Source of the DNA: Octopus sinensis
Taxonomy: Eukaryota
Length of the DNA stretch: 64,000 bases
Assembly: GCF_006345805.1 (NCBI RefSeq)
Contig: NC_043007.1
Location: 8,990,001 to 9,054,000 of the forward strand
Reading direction: 5' to 3'
Part shown: piece after piece, positions 27,165 to 41,389 of the stretch
How the letters are laid out: every line of letters starts with the position of its first letter
How positions within the stretch are numbered: the first letter of the stretch is position 1
Position numbers and translations under genes: made by a program
Notes under the pieces: model-generated
The model's database searches: none
Seen by the model: only the letters and a program-made list of their open reading frames with translations
Told to the model about the DNA's origin: nothing

Positions 27165-29147
27165 CCATTCATTCTTTCATTCATTTTGTTTTTATTTTTG
27201 CTTTTTCCTCTTCCTATTTTTTCTTCTATTAAATTGCACGCGTTAGTGTATCGTCTGTTCTGGGATTTTCCAGGAAAACCGTTCTCTTTTTCGAAAATTG
27301 ATCTTTTTATTGAGAGTTTCTATCAACAATCTCTGATAGCTTCTTCGTGGCCGACGTATAATTATTTTATCTACCACTTTCCAATTCTTCATCCTTATCT
27401 TACTTCTAGTTTCGTTTCTTAGTTCGCTGCTATTACGGATCTTAATATCAAGCGAGGAGAATCCTTTATTAAGCAAATCTAGTCGAAGCAGAAATCGATA
27501 GACGTAAAATCTATTTCATTTCCTCGACATCGGATTAAATCAGACCCAGGAATCAATTAATTAGCCTAGAGGTCAAGTGGGATTAAGAGAGGCCATATGT
27601 GTGTGTGTGAGTGAATTATAACTATATACCGCGGTAACGTGAGCGGTGAATTTAGGAAGATGGATCAATGCCACACTCCATCATATTTTGACGTAAATCT
27701 TTCTTATCTAAGTCAATTTCTAAATGTTATATGTAGCCTAATACCAGGGCTCAATATACAACACATTACGGATTTAACGATTTTCCAATCTTTGAAACAT
27801 TCTATATTTGTTTTCGCTAATTGCTGTCGCAATGACATTCCTTATCTTATGATATCAATATTTTATATCCGATGCTCACTAAATTATCTTGTCTTTGACT
27901 TTCTTGATTGTCATAGGACGTCGGGTCGATCTGTTGGCGATGGCGATTCATCTACCAAACAAAGATTTCAGTGTCTAATTTTCCATACAAGCACTTTTCA
28001 GGTGTTCCTAGATACAGTAGTACCTGCGTACCTCAGGATGCTAGCTGTATATACGTACAGCGAACACAAAACTGGCCTGTGTATAATTTGTATATCTATG
28101 CTATACTGAAATAGTTATACCGTAATTATATCGAAATAAACGTCATGAATATATGACAGGTTTTATCGTTCCCAGATATAATTAGAACTCCAACCATGAA
28201 AATAGTTATTGAACAGTATTCAATGTAGAAATTCTTAGAACTAAAACATAAATGAAAACACGTGGTGTACTCTGGTAGTCATTTTCTGAAAGGGAGATAA
28301 TCATTTCTAGATCAATTATAGCGATATTAGTGCTTTGAATTCTAAATCGAAGTGCAAGGAAGAAGATCCATAGATTATACATAGCATAAATACACATTTA
28401 ATTCTATTTTTCTTATGCGTTACAGAGACCTTAGAATTTCCAACCGTGGGTCATCATGTATATTGGATGTAGTCTACAGAAATGCAAAACATGCGAAGGG
28501 TCTGCGTTTTAGAGGTCCGTAACTGAGGTAAACAATTTCCAAGTCAGACACACGCGAAAAAGATGAATACTGCAGGGACAGCGTCATACATGTGGACACT
28601 CTACGTTGCATAAAAGATTATGATAGTTATAAATACAAACTTGTTGCCACTTCAAATATGCTTGAGCCGTATTGGAACCCATAAGAAAACCATTCACTGT
28701 ATTTTGTCATGGAGAAAATATCTCGCTGTTGACAAATAAGTGTAAATCAGAGACGTGCCGCCTGGTATGCAAGACAGGCAACGCTTACGTTGAATAAAAT
28801 AGATTGATAGCAACATTTTCCTTTTATGACAAAATATGTACCTAATTCAATAAAATTATGAAGGTTACTCTGATTACTAAGCATAAAATACAAAATATTT
28901 TATTTCTTTTTGTAGATTAGGTAGGCATAATTCACTCCTGCTTTTCAATCCCAATATTTAAGCTACGCATAGTAGTGCTATAGTACTGGTGCTGCGTACA
29001 TCCTCCAACACTGTTTTCTTTACGTGCTATAAATCCAGAAGTAAAAGTCACCCAGTTGGACAATTATATATAGCGACCGTGATGGCTTCTCATTCTGACA
29101 TCCGAAGAGTTTATATATAAATGTCTTTTATGATGCTGTTATGATAG

Positions 29148-29680
29148 TGTAAAGTATAGAAGCCATCTTATCATGGCTAACCACATTGGGGAGGGGGTTG
29201 TTACTGTAGCTTTATAGCCCCAAGAGATCTTCGTCTCTAGCTGGCTCTAAACACAATATCTGTGTCTTTGGAGTATTTGCAAAGGGAGGCCATCCCTTCC
29301 TCGCAAGTTTCGGAATGGTTGTCCCATCGAGCGATTACTGTTTCAATCTCATTCTGAGATTTAATTATGCTTACTGTTCGTTTTTCGACATCAGTGGCAG
29401 ACGCCATTAGAAAAACTTATATCTATTTGCAAAGGAGCCTTCACTTTCATCGCTACCTGGTGGTTACCGCCCGTTGACGAGGGACAACCATCCCGAAACT
29501 AGTTCGAACGTATCACTCAGGCTTGCGAGGAAGGGATGGCCTCCTTTGCAAATACTCCATAGACACATATATTGTGTTTAGAGCCAGCTAGAGACGAAGA
29601 TCTCTTAGGGCTATAAAGCTACAGTAACAACCCCCTCCCCAATGTGGTTAGCCATGATAAGATGGCTTCTATACTTTACA
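29148..29680. repeat. Large imperfect palindrome built from Helitron-family sequence
   Basis: Arms 29148-29325 and 29481-29680 are near-perfect reverse complements, with a ~22-bp insert in the right arm. The outer arm is similar to 60647-60713. Confidence 0.88.
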
Positions 29681-29928
29681 TTATCGAGCGATTACTGTTT
29701 CAATCTCATTCTGAGATTTAGTTATGATAGTGTATTGCCATTATGCTGTTCACTATGCAGTGAGATTCAATGTGAGTTTGTTTGTCGCTGTCGCCAATGT
29801 TGTTGCTTTTATCAAAATAGTAAGGAAACCCTGAATGGACAGACATATGACCAACAGCTCTCCCCTCATATCAATAACATTTCGTATTTTCATACATAGG
29901 GTATCCAGGCCCATATTTTCCAATGTAT

Positions 29929-30150
29929 ACTCTCTTTTACTCTTTTACTTGTTTCAGTCATTTGACTGGGGCCATGCTGGAGCACCGCCTTTAATCGAGA
30001 AAATCGACCCCGGCACTTATTCTTTTGTAAGCCCAGTACTTATTCTATCGGTCTCTTTTGCCGAACCGCTAAGTGACGGGGACATAAACTCACCAGCATC
30101 GGTTGTCAAGCAATGCTTGGGGGACAAACACAGACACACAAACACACACA

Positions 30151-30195
<45 letters not shown>

Positions 30196-30366
30196 CATAT
30201 ATACGACGGGCTTCTTTTCAGTTTCCGTCTACCAAATCCACTCACAAGGCTTTGGTCGGCCCGAGGCTATAGTAGAAGACACTTGCCCAAGGTGCAGCGC
30301 AGTGGAACTGAACCCGGAACCATGTGGTTGGTAAACAAGCTACTTACCACACAGCCACTCCTGCGC
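29929..30366 (-). mobile_element. SINE family A, full length
   Basis: Collinear with 2523-2933 and 61433-61842. Confidence 0.9.
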
Positions 30367-30491
30367 CTCACTTTTATTTTAAATAATAATTTCTAATGCG
30401 TTCTAATGTGAATCCAGTGGGGTTTAGCTGCTATTTCTACAGCATAAATTGCGACATCGTGTACACGTTACTAATATTATTTAGTAGAGTA

Positions 30492-31150
30492 AGGTGGTGA
30501 ACAGGCAGGATCGTTAGCACACCGGACGAAATGCTTACCGGTGTTTCGTCTACCGCTACGTTCTGAGTTCAAATTCCGCCGAGGTCGACTTTGCCTTTCA
30601 ACCTTTCGGGGTCGATAAATTAAGTACCAGCTACGCACTTCGGTCGATGTAATCGACTTAACCCGTATGTCTATCCTTGTTTGTCCCCTCTGCGTTTAGC
30701 CCCTTGTAGGCAGTAAAGAAATAGGTATTTCATCTGAGTTCAAATTCTACCGAGGTCGACATTGCCTGTCATTCTTTCGGGGTCGATAAATTAAGTACCA
30801 ATGAAACACTAGGGTCGATGTGATCGACTAGTTCCCTACCCCCAAATTTCAGGTCTTGTGCCTGTAGTAGAAAGGATAGTTATCATGCCGGGTAAATTGT
30901 TTGGCGGCATTTCGTCGGTCCATCCTTACGTTCTGAGTTCAAATTCCGCCGAGATCGATTCTGCCTTTTATCCTTTCGGGGTCGATAAAATAAGTAACAG
31001 CTGGCTACTGGGGTCGACTCTCCCCGAAAATTACACGCCTTGTATCAAAATTTGTAGCCCATTTTATTTCCACCAGTATTTTATAATCATTGCAAAAATG
31101 AAGGCAGCTTGGTGGCATTTTTCTAAGCTTTACTTTCTGAGTCGATAGAC
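30492..31150 (+). mobile_element. SINE family C composite (tandem/nested modules)
   Basis: The module gagttcaaattc..cgaggtcgac...cggggtcgataaa occurs three times in full (about 30565, 30737, 30935); the first carries the ttagccccttgt..gtaaagaaatag tail. Confidence 0.82.
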
Positions 31151-31683
31151 TTGATTCAACTCCCCGCTGATGTTGAGCTAGATATTAGAACTATTAATAT
31201 TAAAGAATATACTATAATATTTAAGCTGGAATCAATGTAAAGCTTCTGCATTTCTTGTACGATTTGCCCTCAGAAGTACATCTAGTACGTTAGACAAATA
31301 ACACTTACAACACTCAAATCCTTATAATCAATTTAACTGAAGATACTTACAACATCTATTGGCGCGGGGTTCACATCTTAAAAAGCACGGAGCTTGAAGA
31401 CAATTGCAGGGAAACCAGATTTAATTGCGATTGTTATAAGTTGTCAACTTGTGACACACATAATTAAAGATTAAATACTCAATTATAGTCAGAGAAATTA
31501 TATGTGACTTTATATACGTTCCCAATCAAGATGAAGGTTGTGTTGAAATATTGTCGTTAAATGTACATTTCAGATTGAAATAGGAAACAGGAAAGCCTTT
31601 AAGTTCATATAATTAATGTCATAGAAACGGAATATTTGCAGGTCATCTTCAATTTCTGAGGGGGGAAAAAGAAAGTATATTTA

Positions 31684-31716
<33 letters not shown>

Positions 31717-31727
31717 GCGTACGCATG

Positions 31728-31767
<40 letters not shown>

Positions 31768-31947
31768 GGTGTTTGATCGGATACATACAAATAAACAATA
31801 TAAACAATTTAAATATCTGACAAAATCTGGACATTAAGACAATTTGAATGGAATTATTCTCTCATCGATTTTCTGATATATACATATATATATATATATA
31901 TATACATATATATATGCGTGTATATATATATACATATACATACATAC

Positions 31948-31998
<51 letters not shown>

Positions 31999-32051
31999 CA
32001 TATTGCCATTACTATTCTAGAGTATTTGTACACACCGAATATGTGTCTTTG

Positions 32052-32082
<31 letters not shown>

Positions 32083-32569
32083 TTGTGTGCGTGTGTGTGC
32101 GTGCGTTCTATTCGTTTCCATATAAAAAAAAACCCAACGAACACATATATGTATATATTTTTCTTTAGTCGCCACTTTTTTTTTTTTACCTCCCTTTTTT
32201 CTTGCTCCCAGAAATTTAATCTTATTTTTCATTTTCTTCTCTGCCAATCTCTTCTCCTTCTTTATTTTTTCTCATTTCCTGAACAACGAGAAATCTTTGA
32301 CAGTAATGTCACTAGCAACAATAACGACACCGTGAAAATATTACAATAAAGAAGACGGATACATTAGGAAAATATCTTGTGAAATAAATAGGGAAAGAGA
32401 AATTCTCATTTCCCTTCGCGTTCATATTTCGATCGATTTTGGTTTGTCTTACCCCGCTTCTTCGCCATCCTTTCTTTCTTTCTTCGATTCTAATCACAAT
32501 TTCTCTTGTCCTATTCTCTTTCCTCTCTCCTTCTCTCTATCTCTCTTTCTATATATATATATAATATAT

Positions 32570-32617
<48 letters not shown>

Positions 32618-32664
32618 ATATATATATATACATACATATATGTATATATATACATATATATATA

Positions 32665-32695
<31 letters not shown>

Positions 32696-32816
32696 ACATA
32701 TATATATATATATAATATATATATATATTATATATATATATATATATATACATACTATATATATATATTATATATATTATTATGAAATACATAAACTATT
32801 TATATATGTATATATG

Positions 32817-32870
<54 letters not shown>

Positions 32871-33544
32871 ATATTATATATATAACATACATATATATAT
32901 ATATACATATATATATACACACACATATATATAATGAAATACATACACTCCATATATATATATATATATGATTCCCTAAAAACAATATTCTTTGAAACAG
33001 TTACGATTATTCTTATTTCTAATTTATTTTGTATTTTCGAGTGTTTTCTTCGGCACAAGTTCTCCATTCGTTAAACCTATGCACTGCTCACATTCACCAC
33101 GCAGTTTATTTTTTCCCCCCTTTTTTCCACTTTTCTCTACTCTCTATTTTTTCTCTAAACATTTCCCCCTGTCATCTTTTTCTACATCATTCTCTATCCA
33201 TTTTATCTTTCGCCAGCTCTGCATACTGCTGCTCATTTCTGGTCTTCTTCGAATTGTTTAATTTATAATTTCTCGCCTTACTCTTGATTACTTTGCATTC
33301 TTTCTTCCGTTATTGTTATTTCCTTTGTGCTGTCTTCTTCCTATTTGTGCCGTTTGTACGTTCTTTCATTTCGTGATGCATTCCTTTCTTTATTTCTCTT
33401 TTCCTTCTTTCTGTAATAAACCTTTAAATTCGATTAATTTTCTCTACATTTGGAAAAAATTATTCTCATACTCGGGTATTTCGTATCTTTCAATTTTAGC
33501 CTCTCTTTGAGCCTTCATGTTTGTTTATTAAAAGCTACGATAAA

Positions 33545-34138
33545 GTATTGGATACAAATTTCGGCACATGACCAAACATTTTGAAGTAGGGGTGTGGTTG
33601 ATTACATCAATCTCTGTGTCCAAATGGCACTTTTTTTATTGACTCCGAGAAGATGAAAGCCAAAGTCGACCTCGGTGTAATTTGAACTCAACGTATAGAC
33701 GGACAAATGCCACTAAGCATTATGCCTGGCGTACTTGAAATTCTGCTAAGCCCGTCGCCTTCAGAAACATTAAAGTATTTTTTTCTACTCTAGGCACAGT
33801 GCCAGAAATTTTGGGGTAGGGGACCACTACGCAACTGGTTTTTAATTTATCGACTTCGAATGGATTAAAGGCAAAGTCAACCTCGGCAGAATTTGAACTC
33901 AGCACGTAAAAACAGATGAAATACCTATTTCTTTACTACTCACAAGGGGCTAAACACAGACAAACAGATTAAGTCGATTATATCGACCCCAGTGCGTAAC
34001 AGGTACTTATTTAATCGACGCCGAAAGAATGAAAGGCAAAGTCGACTTCGGCGGAATTTGAACTCAGAAAGTAACGACAGATGAAATACCGCTAAGCATT
34101 TCACGCGGGTGCTAACGATTCTGTCAGCTCGGTGCCTT
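33545..34138 (-). mobile_element. SINE family C copies (monomer plus composite)
   Basis: aaagtcgacctcgg...aatttgaactca modules and head gctaacgattctgtcagctcgg. Confidence 0.8.
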
Positions 34139-35384
34139 AGAAACGTTAAAACAGTTTCCCGTTATTTTGTCCGGGTATTTCCAATCTGGATGTCATCTAC
34201 TTTGCTTTTCTTCCTTCTGGGATCAGTAAAATAGAGTTGATTAGCAAGAACTAGGTCAGTTAAATAAACTAAATCAGTGATTCTCACCCTTTTTACTATC
34301 CAGACCAGATTCAAAATCTGGATTGTTTTATGGAAACGCAGCCCAAACAAGTTAAATAGGAGACAATCAAAGAAAACTTTATTACATCTTAAGAAGAAAT
34401 ACTGGCGAGGATACCAGAAGGATACTCGAAAGCCGCATTCGGGCTCGTGAGCCGCCGTTGAGGACAGCTTGCAGAAGTATTCCTTTGAAGCCCTTGGCCT
34501 TATGGCATTGTCGTAAACGAGTTATCGTTTTTAACCACCTTATATGACAGTATCTTTTTTTGCTATTATTCATTGGGTAATTTATTCATTTCTTTATCAG
34601 CATTACTCTTTCTTCTTCATTGTGTCTTTATATGTATTATACATTTTCCACTTTTTTCACATTCTGGGTCTTTTCACTTTTTATTTCTTTTGCTTCAGTT
34701 TTAAATCTATTCATTTTTCTCTCCCTAGTAACATGCTCACTGAATCGTTTTTCTTCAGTTCTTTAAAAATTTATACGAGACAATCATTCTCAGCTCTTTA
34801 TAAATCTTCTTACTGTTTGTATTATATTTCAGTTATTTATAACATTTCTAATATCGTATCGATTGCAACGTAGTAAAAACACATACTAGCGAATTCATAA
34901 ACACACAAACATTTCAAACTGCACTTAGATATTTTATTATTTCGAGTGAAAAAAATTTTCCTCGCTCTATTTGCCATCTGGTCTCTACTTCATCGTGATG
35001 CATCGATGTGACGAAACACTCGACACCAAACAATAACTGTTTAACTGAAGGTAAGGGTCTTTGTGGGTAGGTTCTTCAATGGCTAATATGTTTTCCTTGC
35101 TGTAATTGTTTTAGTTCCAAAATATGGTCTCCGATCAAATCACATGCCAGTCAATTACATCTCCGAAATACCATTATTTCTTTCACTCATTTTGCATTTT
35201 AGTCCTGCATTCTCCCTCATCTCCCATCGTATAAACTTTATTATCTTATATTTCTTCCCTTCTAAGATCCCTTAAACATATTTTTCTTTCATCTTCGAAT
35301 ATTTCCAATGAGTTTCTTTCGTATTATCTCCAGCAGTGTGGCTTATCTCCTATATTTTATATTCATCCTTTACTCGTTCCGGGC

Positions 35385-35638
35385 ATTAGACTGCGCCCAT
35401 GCTGGTGCATTGTCTTTAAGAATTTTTGGTCGAATTAATCGCCCCCAGTACTTATTTTTTAAAGCCTGGTACTTATTCTAACGATATCAATTGCCGAAAT
35501 GCTGGGCTACAGGGACGTAGTCGCGCCAATACCGGTTGCTAAGCGGTTGTGGGGGATAAGCATAGACACAATGACACACAAACATAGATATACATACATC
35601 CAAACACACAAACATACACACACACACAAATACATATA
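35385..35638 (-). mobile_element. SINE family A variant, cut by a mariner insertion
   Basis: Family-A-type tail and body up to the (CA)/(TA) tract, where the mariner TIR begins at a TA. Confidence 0.6.
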
Positions 35639-36700
35639 CGAGGGACAGTACAAAATTATACGCACTCTTGTTTTTCCAATGTATTTACTGAAAAACAAGG
35701 GTTAAACAGGTACCTTATTTTTCAGGTATTGTCTGCTTCCTTTTCAATTCACTTGGTCCAGTGCTCCACAAACTTGCTTATTCCCTCCAAGACGAAGGAA
35801 TTTAGTTGGTCGTGCAACCGTTCATGCACGGCTTCTTTCACATCATCAACTGTAGGAAATCGACAACTTCGTAAACCATCTTTGTGTGATCCAAGGATAT
35901 GACAGTGCGAAGGAGCGAGAGATGGGTGTAGGCTGGGCGTTCTAGCAGCTCAAAACCCAATTGGCTAATGATTTCAACTGTCTGGGTTGTCGTGTGTGGG
36001 TTTGCATTGTCATGCAACATCAAATTTTTCTTCGACAATAGGCCTCGGGTTTTGGTGCGAATTGCTGGCTTCACATTGTTGGCCAGCAAAGCATTGTATC
36101 TTGCACTATTGAACGTACACCTTTTCTCCATGTAGTCTTCCAGTATATGCTCCTTTGATACCCCAAATAGGGTTAGCATCACCTTTATAGCGGAAGACTG
36201 AGTCTTGAATTTCTTCATCACCACGATGTTTCCAATTTATACTCTATCTTTTGGATTCTGCCTCTTAATGATGGATCCACGTTTCATCTCCTCTGATTAC
36301 TCTGGTCAAAAATTGCTCGCCCTCGTTGATGTAGCGGTCGATTAAACGTTGGCAGACCTCAAGACATTTGCGCTTGTGCTCTGTAGTAAGTTCTCTTCGC
36401 TCTCATCTTGCACTGACTTTATGGAAGCCGAGCTCATCCTGGATGATTTCATAGGCAGAACCATGACTAATCTGCAGAGAAGGAACTACCTCAACAATGA
36501 TAACACACCTGTTTACCATTACAATCTCTCGAGCATGCTGAATCTTCTCGCCGGTGGAGACCCTTGACAGGTGTTCCACTATTGTGCTACAAACCTCCGA
36601 AGAATTTCAGCACCTGGCAAACCTTCCGACTACAGATATCGGATCGCTGCTCTTTGATCGTGATTGGCGCACATTGTTAGTGAAGTGGCCAAACTTATAC
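35639..36700 (-). mobile_element. Mariner element (third family), decayed transposase
   Basis: TIR ta|cgagggacagtacaaaattatacgcac. Minus strand gives GDETWIHH, KVMLTLFG, KPAIRTKTRGLLSKKNLMLHDNANPHT and LGFELLERPAY. Confidence 0.88.
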
Positions 36701-36789
36701 TGTAAAGCCAGAAATTAAAATGGAGCGTTGAGGCTTAAACTTTGATTCCCGTGGTCTGAAAATAACCCCGAGCCAGTCGTTGAAGGATT

Positions 36790-37102
36790 TTCCAATCCAC
36801 ATTGACAGAACGAGCCAGTTTGTTTGTTCCTTCTCGAGCTATGACTCGCTCATAAGGGCCGGCTTCCCGTTTTCCTTGGCGTATAGGTTCCAACTGGACG
36901 GTGAGCTGCAAGATACAGGAAGAAAGAGTGAGAGAAAGTTGTTGCGAAAGAGTCAACAGAAATTTCGCCATTACCTTCTGCCGGAGCTGCGTGGAGCTTA
37001 GATGTTTCGCTCATAAGCACACACATCACCCGGTCTGAGATTCGAACCTGCGATCCCTCGACCGCGAGTCCGCTGCTGTAACCACTAGACCATGTGCCTC
37101 CA
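36790..37102 (-). mobile_element. SINE family B1 copy
   Basis: Collinear with 4985-5273. Confidence 0.85.
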
Positions 37103-37107
37103 GAACG

Positions 37108-37435
37108 AGCCAGGATGATCGCCCAGGCATAATTATTAAAGAGAGGGAAGAAAATATTTGCAGACTAATATATGTAATTGTTCTCACTAATAAAAGTGTA
37201 TCGGTAAAAGAATTTGACAAATTAAGTAAATGTAAGGACCTGGATTTTAAAATACAAGAGTTGTACCATCTTAAAGTGAGAGCTGTTCCTGGTATTGTAG
37301 GTGCCTTAGGTACGATAAAAAAAGAGATGTCAGAAACATCTAGATAAGATCCCTGGAGAACCTTGTCTCGGAGAAATCCGAACGATTGTGCTTGACAAGA
37401 ACTGCCCACATCCTTAGAAAATCCCTATCCATTTG
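37108..37435 (+). mobile_element. R4/Dong-like LINE 3' end (restriction-like endonuclease domain)
   Basis: DDRPGIIIK..ICRLI....KEFDKLSKCKDL....VPGIVGALGTIKK...TAHILRKSLSI* follows the PD..D..KE..K..KY.DL..V.GALG pattern. Confidence 0.75.
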
Positions 37436-37699
37436 AAAGTCTGTGCTGTGTTACATGAAGATATTTCTCTTCTGTGCCTGCCACTTTCTCACCTCAAGCT
37501 TTCAATTAAGCTGTAACATCCCATATCCTTCACTCGCCCCAGGATGTTTGGTGTGTCTTCGCGAGTGATTGTAACAAACATGCAGATTAAATGTTTAAAA
37601 AAATAATGTTTGGAGGAGGAGCAAATGGAAGATGGTGGTGGTGATCCAGAGCGAGCCTATAGGTTTGCTTACAAAGTTCTACATGCATGAATAAATTCT

Positions 37700-37840
37700 T
37701 CTTCTTCTTCTACTTCTCCCCTCCTCCTTCTTCTACATCTTTGTCTTCTTCTCATCCTCCTCCTCCTCTTCTTCTTCTTCTTCTTCTTCTTCTTCTTCTT
37801 CTTCTTCTTCTTCTTCTTCTTCTTCTTCTTCTTCATCATC

Positions 37841-37873
<33 letters not shown>

Positions 37874-37915
37874 CATCATCATCATCATCATCACCACCAC
37901 CACCATCATCATCAT
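37700..37915. repeat. (TTC)n/(ATC)n compound microsatellite
   Basis: Directly visible. Confidence 0.9.
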
Positions 37916-39358
37916 TTAACATCCATCTTCTATGCATGCATGGGTCAGACCCAAATGGCTTAGCTGATTGAAACTTCGAAGTCATATTCAACAACATTCT
38001 TGTTATGAATAATATATATGTATATCTATATATCCATATAGGTTCATGTTCTAGAGGTTAGATTTTTCATCTTAGGAGCGAAATGTGGTTTCAATTTCAA
38101 TCAGGATGCGAGTTTTGTCCTTGAGCATGTTAATTCATTTCACACAACTACATTATCCTGCCGTGTGCTGGTGCAGGAATCTTCCCTTCAACAGACAAAT
38201 CCTGGACAACTCCTTGCATCCAAGTCTGGGAAATTTGAGAAGGTAGTTACGAGTTCTTGGAGTTATATTGTCACACATAACAAATGGCGAACTATGGTAT
38301 ATGTTACCATGCTATGTATGCATGTATGTATGTATGTATGTATGTATGTATGTATGTATGTAGTATGTATGTATGTCTCTTCAAATTTTTAATTATTATA
38401 AATCTTCCACGGAGGAGGAAGCCGGTTTTCAAAAAAGATACAAGGTTCCATCTTTGGGATGTAGTTAACAAAGGCAAATACACATTTGGAACTTGAGAAA
38501 AGTCTTGCATATTTTTACTGTTCCACTCACAGATTGCACTTGTAATGTATGAATTAGGCTGTCGACTTCGATTTCTGAAGATCTCAGTTTATCCAGATTC
38601 TCCCTTAAGCATTTAATAACAAAACCTAATTTCTGAAAATCACAATTCGTACCATAGTCTGGAAATAGAATCTGGAGGATATCTTGTCTATAGATATCCT
38701 CTTTTACTTTGATTTTCAAAGAGATCTATACATCTCCAGGGCAGCTGACTTTTATGATGGTACATACCTTAGCTCATCTGTCTTAAACAATAACATCCGG
38801 CGTATTAATTTTGCATTTCACAGAGGTTTGCTAGGAATATTTCACCAGTATTCCTTGAGTTGGTGTTTATGAAACTATTCCATAACGGAGAGATTTCCTA
38901 AGTATATTTCAGGGCAATCTTTTTGTATGCATGTTGTGTGTCTGTATGTTTCATTATGCATATTTTTGTTTATGTGCTTTTGTCCGATATTTCGTAATAT
39001 TTTGTGTAATATGCACATATTCAGCAAAAAAAAAAACAGTTTAAGGAATTATTGAAGTAATGTCACTTCCATAGTGTGTTATATAATTATGGCAAACAAA
39101 CAGAAGCAACCGATCTTACTTTTAGGAACATTTATTTAACTGCGTTTCTCCATGGATAGATAACATTCAAAATAGAAAGAATTTTACATTATTTTACCTT
39201 ATAAAAAGATTTCTATTAAATCTATTATCTTATATAACAGCGCTTGAAGCAAGAATCGACACCATTCTACACACACATACATACATACATACATACATAC
39301 ATGCATGTGGGCATAAGGAAATAAATACATATGTATGTGTATATATATATACATACAT

Positions 39359-39401
<43 letters not shown>

Positions 39402-39891
39402 TATATATATACATATATATATACCTACACCTACATACCTACATGTATATATTCCTATATACATATATAATATATATATATATATATATATACACCCCAT
39501 ATATATGTAATTATGCAGAGATAATTTTCCTAATATGAATATATAATGGAAATATGTGATGATGAAAAATAATATGCGGCCACATATTATTATATATGGT
39601 AGGAACATTAAATTCATATTAAATAAGAATTTGGAATAATGGGATTAACATGAGCAAAATGAATACAATAATATGTTTATAGAACATAAAATATTATTTG
39701 ATACCTTATTGGACAAATGATATACAGAGTATGCATAATATAAGGAAACATATGCATACATGATAACTGAATACATGATGTGCAATATAAAAAAATGCTA
39801 CAATTATTATAATGGAGCGTGTGTGTTTGGTTGTGTGTGTGTGTATAAACGCTTTGTTATATATGTGTGTGTAAACTTACATGCACACACT

Positions 39892-39933
<42 letters not shown>

Positions 39934-40130
39934 ATTGATATCACATACTTGGTGTATGTGTTTAGATTAAGTTTGTGGAATTTCATCCAGGAAAATTCAC
40001 GTTAAGAGGTAAATGGCATAACTCAAATGTAAGCGAAAGCAGCACTGTGGATATCGATATTTCGCCGTTATACATCTCCTCGTTAGCTTATATTAGAGTT
40101 ATCCACGAAACGAATCGCTGATCTTATATA

Positions 40131-40520
40131 CAGGTTGTCTCAAAAATTTTGACATGGTTTCGTAGTCTAATAACATTGCCAATTCTTGCGCAAATGATCT
40201 CAAATTTTAACAAAATGTTTAAGAACTAAGTTTGGATCTCGTGTGCTAGTAATGATATCAATGTGCTTTTGAAATGGCCACCGCGTTCACTTGAATTAAC
40301 ACCTTGTGATCTTTTTTTCTATGGGGCTACGCGAAAGGAATGGTCTATATCGCCCTCTTCCTATAAGCCTAGAGGAACTGAAGATGAGAATCAGTGAGGT
40401 GCTGGAGAATGTTGCAAACGATACTCTACATGGTGTTTAGCAGGAAGTGGACCACTGACGTGACGTGTGCCGTGTCACAGGTGTTGACATTTGTGATGGT
40501 TTGTGAAATTCGTTATAAAC
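40131..40520 (+). mobile_element. Deleted Tc1/mariner-superfamily element (maT/rosa-like)
   Basis: ta|caggttgtctcaaaaa TIR-like start, then WPPRSLELTPCDL.FLWGYAKGMVY...LEELKMRI (WPPRSPDLTPCDFFLWG motif). No right TIR seen. Confidence 0.7.
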
Positions 40521-41389
40521 TCTACATCCTTCTGAATCAGTTGTTCGAATTTTGATAAATAAAGCCTCCACATATGTCCATGCATTCTTTTTATATAATG
40601 TTTTTTTTTTTTTAAATGTCCTAAATCCATTCGCTCCTTTTTATTTTCCTACCTTTCTGAAGTTTCCAAAAACATTTGCCGTCAACTGATGGTGAAATTT
40701 TAATGGACTAATGGACAGAGAAAACCATTGTTCCAATATATGCGTAAAATTCTGGCCAATATATAGGAACATTGTTTCATGCACATATTCGAAACTCACT
40801 TTCTGAAAAGAATGCTAAGTGGCAAGAGATGGTGAATAAGTAAAATGCACGGAAACTTCCGGATGTAAATTATTAATTGAAAAAGCGGACGGAGAAAGTA
40901 AAGCTGGAACATGTGACTTGGCAAACCTATCAGAAAACGAAAGGAAGCGTAAATAAGGAAAAAGTAAAAATGAAAACACTTTGAGAAATGCGTGTTACGT
41001 GTGAGGGAGGAGTTTGATAAGATAACAAAGTTAGAATTGGATCTGTAATTATGTGTTGATGTGTTTGTATGGAGGCCCACGTGTGTGCTAAAGGTGACCG
41101 GTAAGGCGTAGTATACTATAGTTAAGGAAAGTATAAGTGTTACATGTGCAAGCAAAGGGTGTGTGGGGCAGCGTAGGAGGAAGGTGTTTGAATGAGAAAC
41201 AAAACGTGTGAGCGCGAGTGTAGGTCCGATGGTGGGTGAACGTGCACACTTATACAGATACGTGTTTATATTTGTCTAAGTAGAATGTTAGCAGCTGCAA
41301 TATATGTGTTAAAGAGGCACAAAAATTCGAGACTGTCGGTATGTATATATTTGTGTGTGTATTTGTAGTTATAGGTAGGTGGTGCGTAT

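Noticed and set aside
28426-28527. Plus-strand exon candidate with good splice signals
   Set aside because: All three frames contain stops; it cannot be supported as coding, and a non-coding exon cannot be tested here.
38400-38900. Unique sequence with an 84-aa minus-strand ORF
   Set aside because: Flanked by stops, with no motif or convincing splice sites; possibly an unrecognised old transposon.
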